The translations under genes and the position numbers were made by a program. Below, in pieces: positions 45,558 to 57,856 of a stretch of 64,000 bases of DNA. Origin of the DNA: Oopsacas minuta. Taxonomy: Eukaryota; Animalia; Porifera. The stretch is taken from positions 1,219,897 through 1,283,896 of the forward strand of contig JAKMXF010000332.1 in the NCBI GenBank assembly GCA_024704765.1, in the 5' to 3' direction. Position 1 is the stretch's first letter. Each line of letters begins with the position of its first letter. Below the pieces are notes generated by a model, which was not told the origin of the DNA, made no database searches, and worked only from the letters and a program-made list of their open reading frames with translations.

Positions 45558-47366
45558 TTAAGGCATAGCCTTACGCTCTTTAGGTGTGTGGTAAGCTCTG
45601 AAATTCCATTGCTGAAATAAACTAGTGCTATCACAAGGATACAGAGCCAAACTATCCTTATCTTTAGATTCTAGACAATTTCCTGAAATAGAATGAATCA
45701 GTTGTTGCGTGCTCTTCTCATAAACCCATCTTTGATTCCCCCCCATTGCGTGACAGCTATAAAGTGTGACCTTTCCTCCTGATTTATGGTCAGACACGTC
45801 GAGACAGTAATCGGAATCGAATTGCAGCTCATCTAGATCAGTTAGACTAATATCTTGATTCATTGAGTGGTCTATGCAGGTATACATACCAACTTCCCCA
45901 TGCTCACCACGTCCCATTGTGTCAATACAATTTCCAGTACCTAAATTCCGTATAGGACCTGTTGCGGCCACATTCTCTCCAGGTAGAGTCAGTTCGGGTA
46001 CAACATTTTCCATGTACCACTTGAAAGACTTACAATTGAGCTTCTTCTTCAATTCAAGTCGAGCTGAAATGTCTCCATAATCCCTCCCCTTTGCCCAGGG
46101 GCGTTTATCATAATAAATATGTTTATACTCGTCGTCGACCCAAACTTCAATCAAACGCATTGTGTTTTTCGTTAGAGTCTTATCAGCGCCTTCAGGAAAA
46201 GTCCAAATAGTGTTACCGCCTCCTCTGAAAATATGACCAACCTTAGAACAAGGGACTATCTCAAGAGATCCACCGCACATCCATAACCTGAAAGATATCT
46301 CGACATTCTCAGCACCCCAGATCATCATATCCTCGTCATATGCTCCCAACTCAAAGAAATACCTCCTATCAATGCCAAACAGACCTCCTGCCATAGTTGG
46401 AGAGCGGATTGGGTCTCCTTCAGTCTTCCTCCGCTCGTTCTCGTAACCTGGGATCTTCTTCCATTTGAAAGCGAAGGACCAGTCGATCGATCCGCGACTA
46501 GATAGAGCGCCTGGTTTAGAGGTATGCTCTAAAGATTCCCAATCTATCGTGGTAATGTCTGGTGTTACTGCGACTTTACGATCAGTTTGGATACGGTCCA
46601 AAAGGGGTTCTAACCAGCCTTCATAACACTCACAGTGAGAATCTAATATTATCAGAACTTCGCCAGTAGCAGCACGGGCACCAGTCAGCCTAGCACGAAT
46701 CAATCCAGATCGAGAGGCGTGACGTAACAATTTAACTTTAGAAAGTGGGCGAATTAGGTCCTCTAGTTTTCCTTTGAGATCCTCTCTTTCGCTGAAGTCA
46801 TCTACAAGTATGATTTCATGAAGCAACTCAGCGGGAGAGCGTAACAAGACAGTAGTTATGGTACGCATGAGAGCAGATAAAACCTCATTGTGGAATATTA
46901 TCACAACGGAAGTGTTGGGTAAATCGTTCGCGTATTCTTGTGTGAAACATGACTTATCTCTTAACTCAGGTACTGGACGGTCCCAGGGGATTTGGTCACT
47001 TAAAAATGCATTGAATCCGTTTTTCCGTTTTCCTTCTTCTTCCCTTTTCTTCTCATCCTCATTCTTGGGATGATATCTCTTCAAATCGAAATTGTAAACC
47101 TGGTCGTTAGGCCTTGGTTTGCGGCCCATCTGCTGCTTGGGTTCCTCTACAATACCTCTATCTATATTGGGAGGAGGATGTATAAATGGAATATCATTGT
47201 AATGCCTTTGGAAGTAGTAAAGAGCGGAATTTATTGTGCTTCGCGTACTTGTGTTGAGTAACAGACCAAATGTGATTACCACTGACAGGCAGCAAGAAAT
47301 AATTACTATTAGGAGAAACAGGCGTATGAAGGGGCGGGGAATACGTGGAAGAGCGTATTTTTTCAT
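45558..47366 (-). CDS. GALNT: Polypeptide N-acetylgalactosaminyltransferase (GT27) with ricin-type lectin domain
   Basis: 602-aa uninterrupted ORF: N-terminal TM anchor, SVVIIFHNE, LDSHCEC (DxH), SPTMAGGLF, WGAENVEISFRLWMCGG, QxW repeats. Family symbol only; paralog unresolved. Confidence 0.96.
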   Translation of the reverse strand: MKKYALPRIPRPFIRLFLLIVIISCCLSVVITFGLLLNTSTRSTINSALYYFQRHYNDIPFIHPPPNIDRGIVEEPKQQMGRKPRPNDQVYNFDLKRYHPKNEDEKKREEEGKRKNGFNAFLSDQIPWDRPVPELRDKSCFTQEYANDLPNTSVVIIFHNEVLSALMRTITTVLLRSPAELLHEIILVDDFSEREDLKGKLEDLIRPLSKVKLLRHASRSGLIRARLTGARAATGEVLIILDSHCECYEGWLEPLLDRIQTDRKVAVTPDITTIDWESLEHTSKPGALSSRGSIDWSFAFKWKKIPGYENERRKTEGDPIRSPTMAGGLFGIDRRYFFELGAYDEDMMIWGAENVEISFRLWMCGGSLEIVPCSKVGHIFRGGGNTIWTFPEGADKTLTKNTMRLIEVWVDDEYKHIYYDKRPWAKGRDYGDISARLELKKKLNCKSFKWYMENVVPELTLPGENVAATGPIRNLGTGNCIDTMGRGEHGEVGMYTCIDHSMNQDISLTDLDELQFDSDYCLDVSDHKSGGKVTLYSCHAMGGNQRWVYEKSTQQLIHSISGNCLESKDKDSLALYPCDSTSLFQQWNFRAYHTPKERKAMP

Positions 47367-48711
47367 TGTAGACTTGGTATAGCTAGAATATAAATATGAG
47401 GGTTGGGTACATTAATTAATTCATTAATTAGGTTATTTGATTAACTAGGTAAATATATACATTGATGCCAAACTCCAGTCTCGATTATTTGTGAGAAATC
47501 CGTGAGACACCGTGTAAAAGCCGTGAGCCCGGCAGGGGCGGTCCTAGGATTTGTATAGCCCGAGGCAAAATCTTATTATATAATGGGCAGTGGTGGTCTG
47601 AGGATCTGGAAAACCGGAGGTATAAAAAGTACATTGCGGATTTGCTTCCCGTACTCTGCGGATAACTCAGCGCATTCAAATATAATTCGGTGTTCATTAT
47701 CATATAAAGCAAGAAACTTGATTTTAGTTTAGGATAATCTAGTTGTGTGTATATTTTTCACAGTTTTGTTATTACTGTTTTTTCATCCTAATGGAAGAAG
47801 TCTACGTTAGCAACAGATCTTGATAATAGAATTTCCGACTCTTTTGAGACATCACTTACCATTCTTATATAAATTCCAAGTATAATATCGGTTTCAACAA
47901 ACAAATTCATTGTGGTAGGATATATTTAGACATGTGGTTGAATTCTTAATGGTATACAAGCAGATAAGTGTAATGGGCCTTGCATTATCGTATTCGAGAT
48001 ATCCTATTCTACAATTATTGAGCTTAACTACGCAAACAGAAACAATGAAATAGGTAATGGCGAATTACATGGCTCTTGTAGCTTGTCAAGAAGATGCTGA
48101 AGATTGTTATTATGAATAGAACTTGGGTAAGAGAATTATACTGATACTCTTCATGTCTTGTTGCCAACATGGTACGTAGCTTTTATAGTTCTTATCAAGG
48201 AAAAATCTCATCTCAACTCAAGAAAGATGAAAAACCTCAAATCACCGGCTATGCCGACTTAAATTTTACCAAAATTAATTTTAGTGGATTATTGATACTA
48301 TATTATGCTACTAAAAATAACCATTTTAGCAAAGAAAATAACATTGAATTTTACTAATCTTGCAGACGTTTAAAAATGTCAAAATCGAAATCTACGTCCC
48401 TGTTTACTCCTATATATTCTATTTGTGTCTTTTACAATTAATTGCTTTTGTTTAGTACGTAATAATGTATCATGTGCATTTAATAATTAATATCTTGTTT
48501 TGACTTCTGTTAACTCAATTAGAATGCCAAAAATTACTCAAGGCAACGCTAAGGAGTATCTCCTTTCAGCAGTACAGACATTTGCCTAACTAACTGGTGA
48601 ACAAGTAGAAATGATATTGAATTGGAAAGGTAATTTGGTAGTGAAAGGGAAAGAACCATTCAAGAAATATGTCAATCAGCACCGGAGGGCCTTGAACAGT
48701 GTCAATAAAGA

Positions 48712-48863
48712 CAGCGGTTCCTAACTTTTTTCACCCGTGGACCCCTATACCAATTTTAACAGATTCTGTGGACCCCTCCCATAGACTCCAATAGATCCCA
48801 TGGATCCCCTGCTGTAGTCTGTGGACCACCAAGGAGACCATGGATCCCAGGTTGGGAACCCTG
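48712..48863. mobile_element. hAT-Charlie-type MITE
   Basis: cagcggttcctaac / gttgggaaccctg; degenerate TSD AATAAAGA/CCTTAAGA. Confidence 0.7.
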
Positions 48864-49246
48864 CCTTAAGATATCCAGCAATTATGAAATTTAGTGGCAG
48901 ATTAGTATTACACATAAAATTGTTCAGATTAGAAAAAAGTTGTTTAGTAGGATTCGGAGACTAAAACGCTAAATTGAAATATCTTTAAAGTTCGGACAGA
49001 ACAAAAGGCCTATCCAAATTGTATAAAACATCAGGATGATTCTTTCAGTTCATGGTTCATGATTAACGTATTGAAATGAATTTCATTTATCATCAAGTTT
49101 ACTTAGGATAGTTATGTAAGAATTTTATTATTAATTAGAGTCCAAAGGCACAAAAACAGGAAGTAGAAATAAATTTCAAGGGGGAGAAAAGTAGAAATAA
49201 AAAGTGAAGTTATCAGGGAGAAAATAGAAATTAAAACTCAAAATTA

Positions 49247-49507
49247 CAGTACTGGGCTGACAGCCAAATTAAACCTAATTACCCAATTGTACCTCACAGC
49301 TGAAACAAATTCGCACCCATTCTTAGTGTTCTTGGGAGGCATTTAATAATTGTACAAATTGTACACTCCAAATGCCTCCAAAGAACACTGAGTTTTGGTG
49401 CGAATTTGTTCCAGCTGTGAGGTAGAGTTGGGTAATCTGGAGTTAATTTGTCTGGCTGTGAGGTACCGAGGGTGATTAGGTTTAATTTGGCTGTCAGCCC
49501 AGTACTG
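49247..49507. mobile_element. Palindromic Tc1/pogo-type MITE
   Basis: TA|cagtactgggctgacagccaaattaaaccta ... taggtttaatttggctgtcagcccagtactg|TA. Confidence 0.85.
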
Positions 49508-49791
49508 TAATTTTAGGTTTAATTATTTATGTAAGTATCCTATTTCCCCATAATTGCCATTGCCACACTGTGAAACCGATGGAAAATTACAATCTGAGCG
49601 AGAAAATTTTGTTAGAAAAAACTTTAAGATAAAACCGATTAAGAAAATCTGTGGTATCGGCTGTAATTGATTATATTACTATAACGATAGCAAATCTCGA
49701 GATCGTGAGTTAAATTGAAAAGCGATTGAGCTCAAGGGGTATAGTTGATTCATTTTTCATGAAAAATTCATGTATTATTAGGTATAGACAA

Positions 49792-50418
49792 TTACTTAAT
49801 TATTTCCTTAACTTTTGCTACTTTTCTATATTCTGTGTTTCCTGTTTTAGGACATTGCATCTCCTCCCAGTTATATGGCATGAGTGGAACTCCAGTTCCT
49901 CCTTTGGCGAATATTACCCCTAATTCATTTTCTGCAGTTGTTAACACGTAATGGAGAGCCTCGCCCAATGAGATAACTCGAGCACGGATAATATCACCTG
50001 GTCGATAGCATTTGTCGATTTCAACCTGATCTTTCTGAAAGGCTCGGATATCCTCTTTTCGGACAATTCCACGGAATGTGTGCTTTAGATATGTGTTATC
50101 AACTGCGATTATTGACACCTTACAAGAGCGAGGGTTGATACTAATCACCCGTGCATTAACTAAGGAGCCGCTTTGGGGGATACATTTCTTTTCTAGCTCA
50201 TGCATTTCAATATGGATATGTGGGAGTTGCACTTCATCTGCCTCAGATAAAACAATAGGAGGTTCAGTTCTTATGAAGCCACTAAGAGAAGCGAATATGC
50301 TGTTGCCGCTAATATAGGTTCCAGGGCCAGGGTTATAGTCAGTGAGAGAGGCTACCTTGTTACCAGGGATTGCAACAGAATTAGTTGAGGGGTTGTCCGA
50401 GTTGTCTTTAGCAGTCAT
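49792..50418 (-). CDS. EXOSC1: Exosome complex component CSL4
   Basis: 208-aa ORF: PGPGTY N-terminus, S1 domain (FRGIVRKEDIRAFQKD, YRPGDIIRARVISLG), TAENELGVI, C-terminal E-RKVAKV. Confidence 0.95.
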   Translation of the reverse strand: MTAKDNSDNPSTNSVAIPGNKVASLTDYNPGPGTYISGNSIFASLSGFIRTEPPIVLSEADEVQLPHIHIEMHELEKKCIPQSGSLVNARVISINPRSCKVSIIAVDNTYLKHTFRGIVRKEDIRAFQKDQVEIDKCYRPGDIIRARVISLGEALHYVLTTAENELGVIFAKGGTGVPLMPYNWEEMQCPKTGNTEYRKVAKVKEIIK

Positions 50419-50579
50419 AAGTGTTTATCTTTGAGTTTATGAAATAATATAAATTAGGGTGATCCGAGAACTACTTTACTTAAGTTATTTTAGAATTCGC
50501 AACAACGACAATTCGAACCTGATTTGATTGGTCAATATAAAACTGAGAATGACTATTTTAATGTTAATCAATTAGCTAA

Positions 50580-53058
50580 AATTTAGACAATTGCAGTCTC
50601 CTTGGATTGATTCCCCAAACTCATCAATCACTTCATTGATGTCTACATCAATATCTCTATGCAGGTCAAGAAGAGAAAGTCCAGTCAATCGTTCTGTGGT
50701 CATTGAAGAACGGAGGGCAGTTTTTATTCTTTTTAGCCCACTAATTGACCTCTCTGCCGTTGCAACTTCTGACGAGTAGTGTGCACATTATGCTGGCCAA
50801 TGCTCTTTATATTGGGGAACATTGCATTGGCAAATTGGAGGCTAACAGTTGGTGTAGTGGGTAGGTTAATCCGCCCATGTTCATCTAGTTGAGAGTGAAA
50901 TTCACTCTGAACACATCCAAGAGATGGAAGATCCTGTTGGTACATGTCAACAAGGTCACTAATTTTAATAATAATTTCATCCATTGTTATAGTTACTAGG
51001 ATAGAAGGGACCTAGAACAAGCCTATCAGTGCAGTTCTTTGGTGACTGGTGAAACGCGAATTAATTTCTGACAATAAGTGGTCAATCAATGGGATTGATA
51101 TACTACGCCGGTAATAAGTAGTTGGAGTGTCAGCGTAGGAACATTATTGCAGTGAATTGACGTCCACAAATTCGAAGTAAGGATGGTACTATACAAACAC
51201 TTTTGCTTATCTCCTCCACAATAAGAAACCGCCTGCTGTGATATGAATCAATATTTTTTCTAACTTCTTGCCAAGCTAACTTCATGTTGTTTATTTCTGA
51301 TTCAGCTTCAACGATTTATTTAGCCTCTGCTTGTAGACTGGAGGTCAAGTTTTCTATGTATTTAAGGCTGTAATTTGTTAATACTATGCACAAATAAATC
51401 TGTACTGCAAATTGCTAGTTGTAGAGTACTGGCATCGGTATTTGCATCTGATGACTACAGGGTAGGAACATCACTACAAACATTATCGAAACAGGTTACT
51501 ACGGAAGCGTGGAGAGACTGAAAATTTCTCATGCATTAATACGTTGTACCCAGCGTGTACGACAAAGTTCCTTTAGTTTTGTGACTGTTGACTCAGGTTG
51601 TGTTTCATGAATAGCAATCTCAAGAAATCTTTGCCGTTTGGGATGGGAATGAAAGTAGACCAATACTCTATCCACTGCCCCCATCATATTATGAAGACTG
51701 GTGACTTATAGAGACTTCATCACAGCGAGATTAAGAGAGTGAGAGGCACAGTGAGATAAAGTCCAAGAGGGTATTTCATATTAATAAGAGCTGCTGTTCC
51801 TTTTATTGATCCCGCCATGTTACCAGCTCCATCGTACGCCTGACCTCTTAGTCTCTTAATATCCAATCCATAATCATTCAAACAGCCCAATATCTTATCC
51901 AAAGCCAACTACCAGTGATCCCAGTATCACATTCTAAGAAATTCATCAGGTCCTCCAAACTAACAGATTCTCAGGATCTACATACCTCAGTACTAGGCTC
52001 AACTGCTCTTTATTAGATATGTCAGTGACCTCATCTGAAATCACGGTAAACCATTGGGCTTTCTTAATTTTCTTAAGAATCTTGTTTCTTAGTTGGTTAG
52101 CAATGATATTAATCAATTGATTCCTGATATTAGAAAATGTGTAAGTTGCATTTTTTTAGCTGCTGTGGAAAAATGATTACCAATGACTGAATCTCCTGCT
52201 TCGACTCTGAGTTGTAAAAAATCCCTGAAGTTTCGATAATTTTCAGTGTTATCGTTCTCGAGATCAGTAGAATTGTCACGATATCCAAGAAGTGGAATAT
52301 TTTGACGACCCACAAAATTGTTATGTTCACAATTGACACAAGTTTCTGACGATTTGAAGCAATTCTCTCAAACGTTGGGCAAGGATTCCAGGGAGACTAC
52401 CACGGTATCCACATGTAGAAAAGAGAACACATGGATTACAGAATCCTTTCTTGCTTATTATACGCCAACCACGGATACATCTGCAACCAACGGAACTGAA
52501 ATCTACGTCCATTGTTATTCTTTTGAATATATAATCAGAAGGTGGACAGAATCGAATAACAAGTAGCTCATATTTGTCAGAATACGGTATTGTGTCCGAA
52601 ATACCGATATAGATTGTTACATCATTGCATTCAGATAAGAGAATGTGTGGTCACTAAACTAAAGGTTGGAACGTACTTTCATCAGTGGTGTGGTAACTAT
52701 GGGAGGTGAGGTATTATGTACTTGTGTAGAGTTGGATTCGAAGTTTCTGAAGAGGGTAAGACACATGCTGCATTCTTAATTTCGATTACTGAATCTTTGT
52801 ATGAAAAACTTGATTTTGAGATCCATCTACATGGTTTGTGAAATATAGGACAAAGAATATTTATTTATAATAAGAAGAATTGGTCAGACTATAAATGCAT
52901 TCCTCTCCATCAATGTTGTACATTGGATATTTGATTGTTGAAACCAAAGAATTCTAGATTTTTAAATAACAATCTCTCACTAAATCATGACAAATTACTA
53001 TCATTGAAATTTAAGGGGGTGCTCGAGCACCCACTGCGCCCCCCTGGATACGCCACTG
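50580..53058 (-). mobile_element. hAT (ZMYM1/PRKRIR-like) element, transposase pseudogene
   Basis: WFTVISDEVTDISNKEQLSLVLRYVD, LRGQAYDGAGNMAG, dimerisation-domain remnant; 5' TIR cagtggcgtatcc at 53058; no 3' TIR seen. Confidence 0.88.
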
Positions 53059-53379
53059 TGGTAGGCACCTTTCGATGTGGATCCAACTCACCCGAACGCA
53101 AAACATGGATTAAAAGTCGCCATATCCAATCATGGACCTAGCCCTACACACTACAAGAGACAGCCCCCAACTCAACATAGGACCGCAGATATGACACGGA
53201 TACACATACATTTATACCCGTGACACAATAATACCGCCAGCCAGTGCTACTTCATCCCCAATCATATCATCCCTCGCGGAAGATATACAAAAACAAATAT
53301 TAAATCAGCGCTTTTAGAGCATCAAAAATTCAACTGACCCCTCAGACGCCTTAGAGTATAAGGCGTCTGAGGGGTCATG

Positions 53380-53950
53380 AATTTACGCGATATTTCCCAG
53401 AAATTAGGAAATCAGACTTTAATTTAGTTCGAAACCCTTTTGTGCAAAAAGTGGAAGATTGTATAACAGATGATCAGGATGATGGCCAAGAAGAATTTAT
53501 AAATTTAATTAATGACTCGGGAGCAAAGGCCATATTTTCAACGATGAGTGTTCCACAGTTTTGGTGTTCCATGTTACACACCTATCCATTGATATCACAA
53601 ATCGCAATTAAGGCACTACTACCATTCCTTCTACCTACTTAAGTGAAACGGTTTCTCCAGTCTACTAACAATTAAAACGAAGAATCGCAATGGATTGGAT
53701 GTTGAATATGATTTAAGAGGCTGTCTTTCTAAACCGAGCCAAGAATTTCTCAACTTGATGAGAAAAAAACAGTTTCAACCTTCACATTATGCATATAAAT
53801 GAAAATTTCATTCATAATTATGTATGTATGATTATATGTCGTATTAAATATAAGCTCTAATATAAAATTTCGTATCCTTATTCTGGGGGCTCGTGAGTAT
53901 TTCCACATCTATAAGAGGGGGCGTAAGGTGCAAAAGGTTGAAAACCCCTG
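53380..53950 (+). mobile_element. hAT-Charlie 3' fragment (dimerisation domain + TIR)
   Basis: FWCSMLHTYPLISQIAIKALLPF, (STYL-ETGFS), DLRGCLSK; right TIR aaaaggttgaaaacccctg. Confidence 0.8.
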
Positions 53951-55466
53951 CCTTAGACCAATTGCTGCGACGATACCCACCATTTATCGTGCGTAGGACC
54001 ATGGGCGTAGAATTCTCTAAAAATCTCAAAATCAGGTGGAGATATATATTTGTCTCTCGTTAGTATGAACACGGATATTTCCTAACCTCGGATGAGTACA
54101 AATTTTTGATCCCTGCACAAGCTCCACCCAAAAATCCACTCAAAGAAAGCTCACAATGACAATCACTAACATCTGCTACTCCCTACTAAATCCGATAGAG
54201 AACCATTCGAGTTCAAACCCACCCTGAAGTATACTTATAGCAGAGCGAGACATACTAAATTTCAAACTCAGACCGATTGAGCTAACCGACTACCACCTTA
54301 TCCCTAACTTCCCTCTGGTCCCCTAAAATGACAGCTCTGCTACCAACCCCGAAATCAATACGAAACCTTAACTTCATCGATTATCCGACATATAGGTGGA
54401 ACATTGCTACTCCTACGAGATACTCATATCCTGTGACCTGCTGGTAACAGTGATCCCCTGTACATCACCTAGGATGCTGTACATTCTTCATAATGGGAAA
54501 GATGTTAACAGAGAACTTAACAGCTTGCACATGCTTATTGGAATCGCAAACTCTCAATCCGTCCCCCTCCGATACTCACACAGACATAACATAATAGAAC
54601 AGCAACTGAGGATATCTATGAAATGACAGGTCCTAACTCGATATCTCAGCTTGATAACTCAGCTCGAAATCAACACCATTCAATAGTGGAGATCCCAAGG
54701 AAATCGAATGAGGAAAGTCGGAATAAGTTACGAAAAATCAACAAGGAATACTAATCCACGACGAAACAACACTTGAACAGTTCTACAATAAACAAAACCG
54801 AAACTCACACACCGACTGCACATAGGACCCTATACAAATTAACAAACTAACTAACAAAACAACAAACATGACAAACAAAGATACAAACCACAAACAAGCA
54901 TACGCACGCCTAAACAGTAAACAACAAAGCGAAACATAAACCCCTACCAAACTAATTGACACAAAACAGCTCCCTAAAACGCGCGGTAAAACGAAAATCC
55001 CCATGAACGAAACTGTAGGAATTAATGGAAATAAAAATCCGATCCCCTTTTGTAGCGATTAAAATCCCCCATGATTCCAGACCCTCCAATAGAATCCCAT
55101 CTATAGCTATACAAATAAATATCCCACCATTCTACCATAATAGAAATTGACTATTCCCAGTTCGAAATGACGTAATCTGTTAGGGTAAAAGGGCAATATG
55201 TTGTTAAAAATCCCCCATTTTTAAAGCTCTGATAAACGATCACTAGTGCATCTGTTTTCGAAAAATTTGTCTGGTCTGACAGAATTTCGGCCCGAACAAA
55301 TTTAACCAAAAAACACATTTACTCTATACACTGGATCGTTAATAGAGAATTCGAGATAAAGTGCTAAGATAATACATGTGCATAATTAAAATGAATCTAA
55401 GTTCAAATATAATGTCTTGAGAAATATATAATATCAAGATCTCAAATCACATAAATTTAAAACATA

Positions 55467-56162
55467 CGAGCCTTTGGCTCGTCGCTTCGCGATGAACTCG
55501 GCGCATTGCGCCTCGAGGTATTCAACGGACAAATAAACAGACAAACAACTGTTGAGATTTAATAATACTGATGTTGTTTACAATATTCAGACTCAGCATA
55601 CTCGAGTATACCAGTATAGTCGTTGAAAGTATGATTCTACCTCAATTTTCAAAATTGTTTACTTTATGCACCTAAAAGTAAACAAATATTGACAATATGT
55701 TGTTTACAATTCCATATTCGGACTCAACATACTCGAATATCCCAGGATAGTCGTTGAAAGTATGATTCTATCTCAATTTTGAAATTTGTTTACTTTATAT
55801 TCATAAAAACAACAATAAATTTATATATAAGAAACTTGAAAATGCGAAATTCGTATTCAGCGTACTTACCCCTGGTCAGCCGTTTAGAGCAAGCCTGTAC
55901 CTATATTTTGAGATTTGGATAATTTGTTTACTTTATATTCATTAAAACAACAATAAATTTAATATGATTAATCCAAAAGTGTGAAGATCGTATTCAGCAT
56001 GTTCGATATATTTAGTCAAGTTTTATTGAATTCTATTTACTGCCTTGATAAACACGATAAATACATAGTTATACAACAATTTCAAAATTGCATACCGTAA
56101 ATCCTTTCCTTGACAACGGACAAACAAACAGACAAACAACAATTGTGATTTAATAATATAGA
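55467..56162 (-). mobile_element. Non-autonomous Helitron (same family as 10405-11100)
   Basis: Same 5' A|TCTATATTATTAA and 3' gcgaagcgacgagccaaaggctcg|T termini on the minus strand, with internal tandem units. Confidence 0.78.
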
Positions 56163-56441
56163 TTGTCGCGTGGGGGCGCTGCATTAGTTCGAATTTAAAT
56201 TCCACCCAAAACATGCACATCTCGAGTGGCGCCATGTCGACAACGGCCACTAATAGCTCCTAAACAATAAGTTGTATCATGAAGCTGTAAAAAGGAAAAT
56301 ATTGAAGATGAAGGGATTGTCATGAAAAACACCTGTGGAGCACAAAAGGCATTTTGGAGACATGGGCAATTCTAACTGGTTGCATAAATTTTGTCTGTGA
56401 ATAAGTCTCCTAGTCTAGCCTATTCGTATAATATAGAATAA

Positions 56442-56871
56442 TCTATATTATTAAATCTCAATTGTTGTTATCTGTCTGTTTGTCCGTTGTCAAGGAAAGG
56501 ATTTACGGTATGCAATTTTGAAATTGTTGTATAACTATGTATTTATCGTGTTTATCAAGGAAGTAAATAGAATTCAATAAAACTTGACTAAATATATCGA
56601 ACATACTGAATCCGATTTTCACACTTTTGGATTAATCATATGTAAATATATTGTAGTTTTATGAATATAAAGTAAACAAATTATCCAAATCTCAAAATAT
56701 AAGTACAGGCTTGCTCTAAACGACTACCCAGGGGTAACTAAGTCCATTGAATCCGTTTTCGCATTTTCAAAATTCTCATATGTAAATTTATTGTTGTTTT
56801 ATGAACATAGTAGAGTAAACAAATAGTTGAAATCTCGATTATACTGAGTGTTCGCAAGCGAAGCGCGCTTA
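56442..56871 (+). mobile_element. Non-autonomous Helitron, shorter copy
   Basis: A|TCTATATTATTAAATCTC 5' end; 3' cgcaagcgaagcgcgctta|T. Confidence 0.7.
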
Positions 56872-56889
56872 TATTAATTGAATGATAAA

Positions 56890-57806
56890 ATAAATTTAGA
56901 TTTTTAGCTAGAACTATTCCATTAGGGTTCTAAAACATTCCTGCTTAATTGCTTTGTTGTCCTATGGCGTGGAGGAGTGTTCCAAGTTCCATCTTTAGAG
57001 AATATATTCACATTATGATCTCCGTGATCACTGATAAGCAAATTCTGGTTAGCGTTGAGTAACTAGGGAGCGTCTCTCTCCCGCGTGAGCGAACAAGTGT
57101 ATACAGGAGATTGAGCACATAACACTTCATGTTGTGTCAGCTTAAGGTAACAAGCATCTCATTGTTTGATGTGTTCTGTGAGTTTTGAGTGTAAGGATGA
57201 GGATTTTGATTCTGTGGTTGTTAAGACTTGCAATATACAAATCTCCTTTGTTGCAGACAGTGAGACCATGAGGCCAATTTATCAGCAGATCCCTTAGCAC
57301 CCCTAAACGTAGCGACTAGAAGGACTCAAACGTAACAATCCGTATACACCTGTGTCCGTTACGTATACATTGTCACTGTGTATAGCAATACCGTATGACC
57401 ATCTCCTGTCTTGATGTGTGAAGGTAATTAGGAAGTCACCTGCCTCTGAGAAGATTGAGACCTGAGATCACTGGCCCCAAGAGTGCAGAATCGTAACGAA
57501 CAACCGCTCGAGTATCAGGCTGAGGTGACCTAACTTCTTCAAGGGTTAGTCCGAGATCAGCTAGGATTTTCTCCTGCAGTTCACGAAGTTAATTCATCTG
57601 GATAAGGCGCTCCATACCGGCTTTAAGTCCGAATAATTCTTTCTCCTTCCAGGTGCGTGCGAATGGCCTCCCTACCTTGCAATTTCGTCACTTGTGTAGC
57701 GGTAAGATCCCAAGAGCTCCACTCGTCTGATTGAGGCGAACAGTCATACGGTCGAATAGTTCGTGTATCTATGACTCGACAGGGTCTATGGTGGTTATTA
57801 CTGGGG
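56890..57806 (-). pseudogene. Coiled-coil + NHL-repeat gene pseudogene
   Basis: Hand translation: IHELFDRMTVRLNQ, LRELQEKILAD, VSIFSEAGDFL...YGIAIHSDNVYVTD, WPHGLTVCNKGDLYIASLNNHRIKIL, LLISDHGDHNVNIFSKDG; stops, frameshifts and deletions. Confidence 0.8.
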
Positions 57807-57856
57807 CAAATAATGTGCCATTTTATTGTTATTTGTTTTTAAATAATGAACAAAAG

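Noticed and set aside
45874-47261. Plus-strand ORFs opposite GALNT (likewise 50078 opposite EXOSC1 and 62440 opposite NUCB)
   Set aside because: Antisense shadows of real coding sequence.
53060-53330. Possible LINE reverse-transcriptase tail (HGLKVAIS...)
   Set aside because: Too short and degenerate; no YADD-type motif or poly-A end seen.
54030-55010. C/A-rich strand-biased tract as a retroelement 5' region or endonuclease (AVILGD on minus)
   Set aside because: A single weak motif in low-complexity sequence; no continuous frame.
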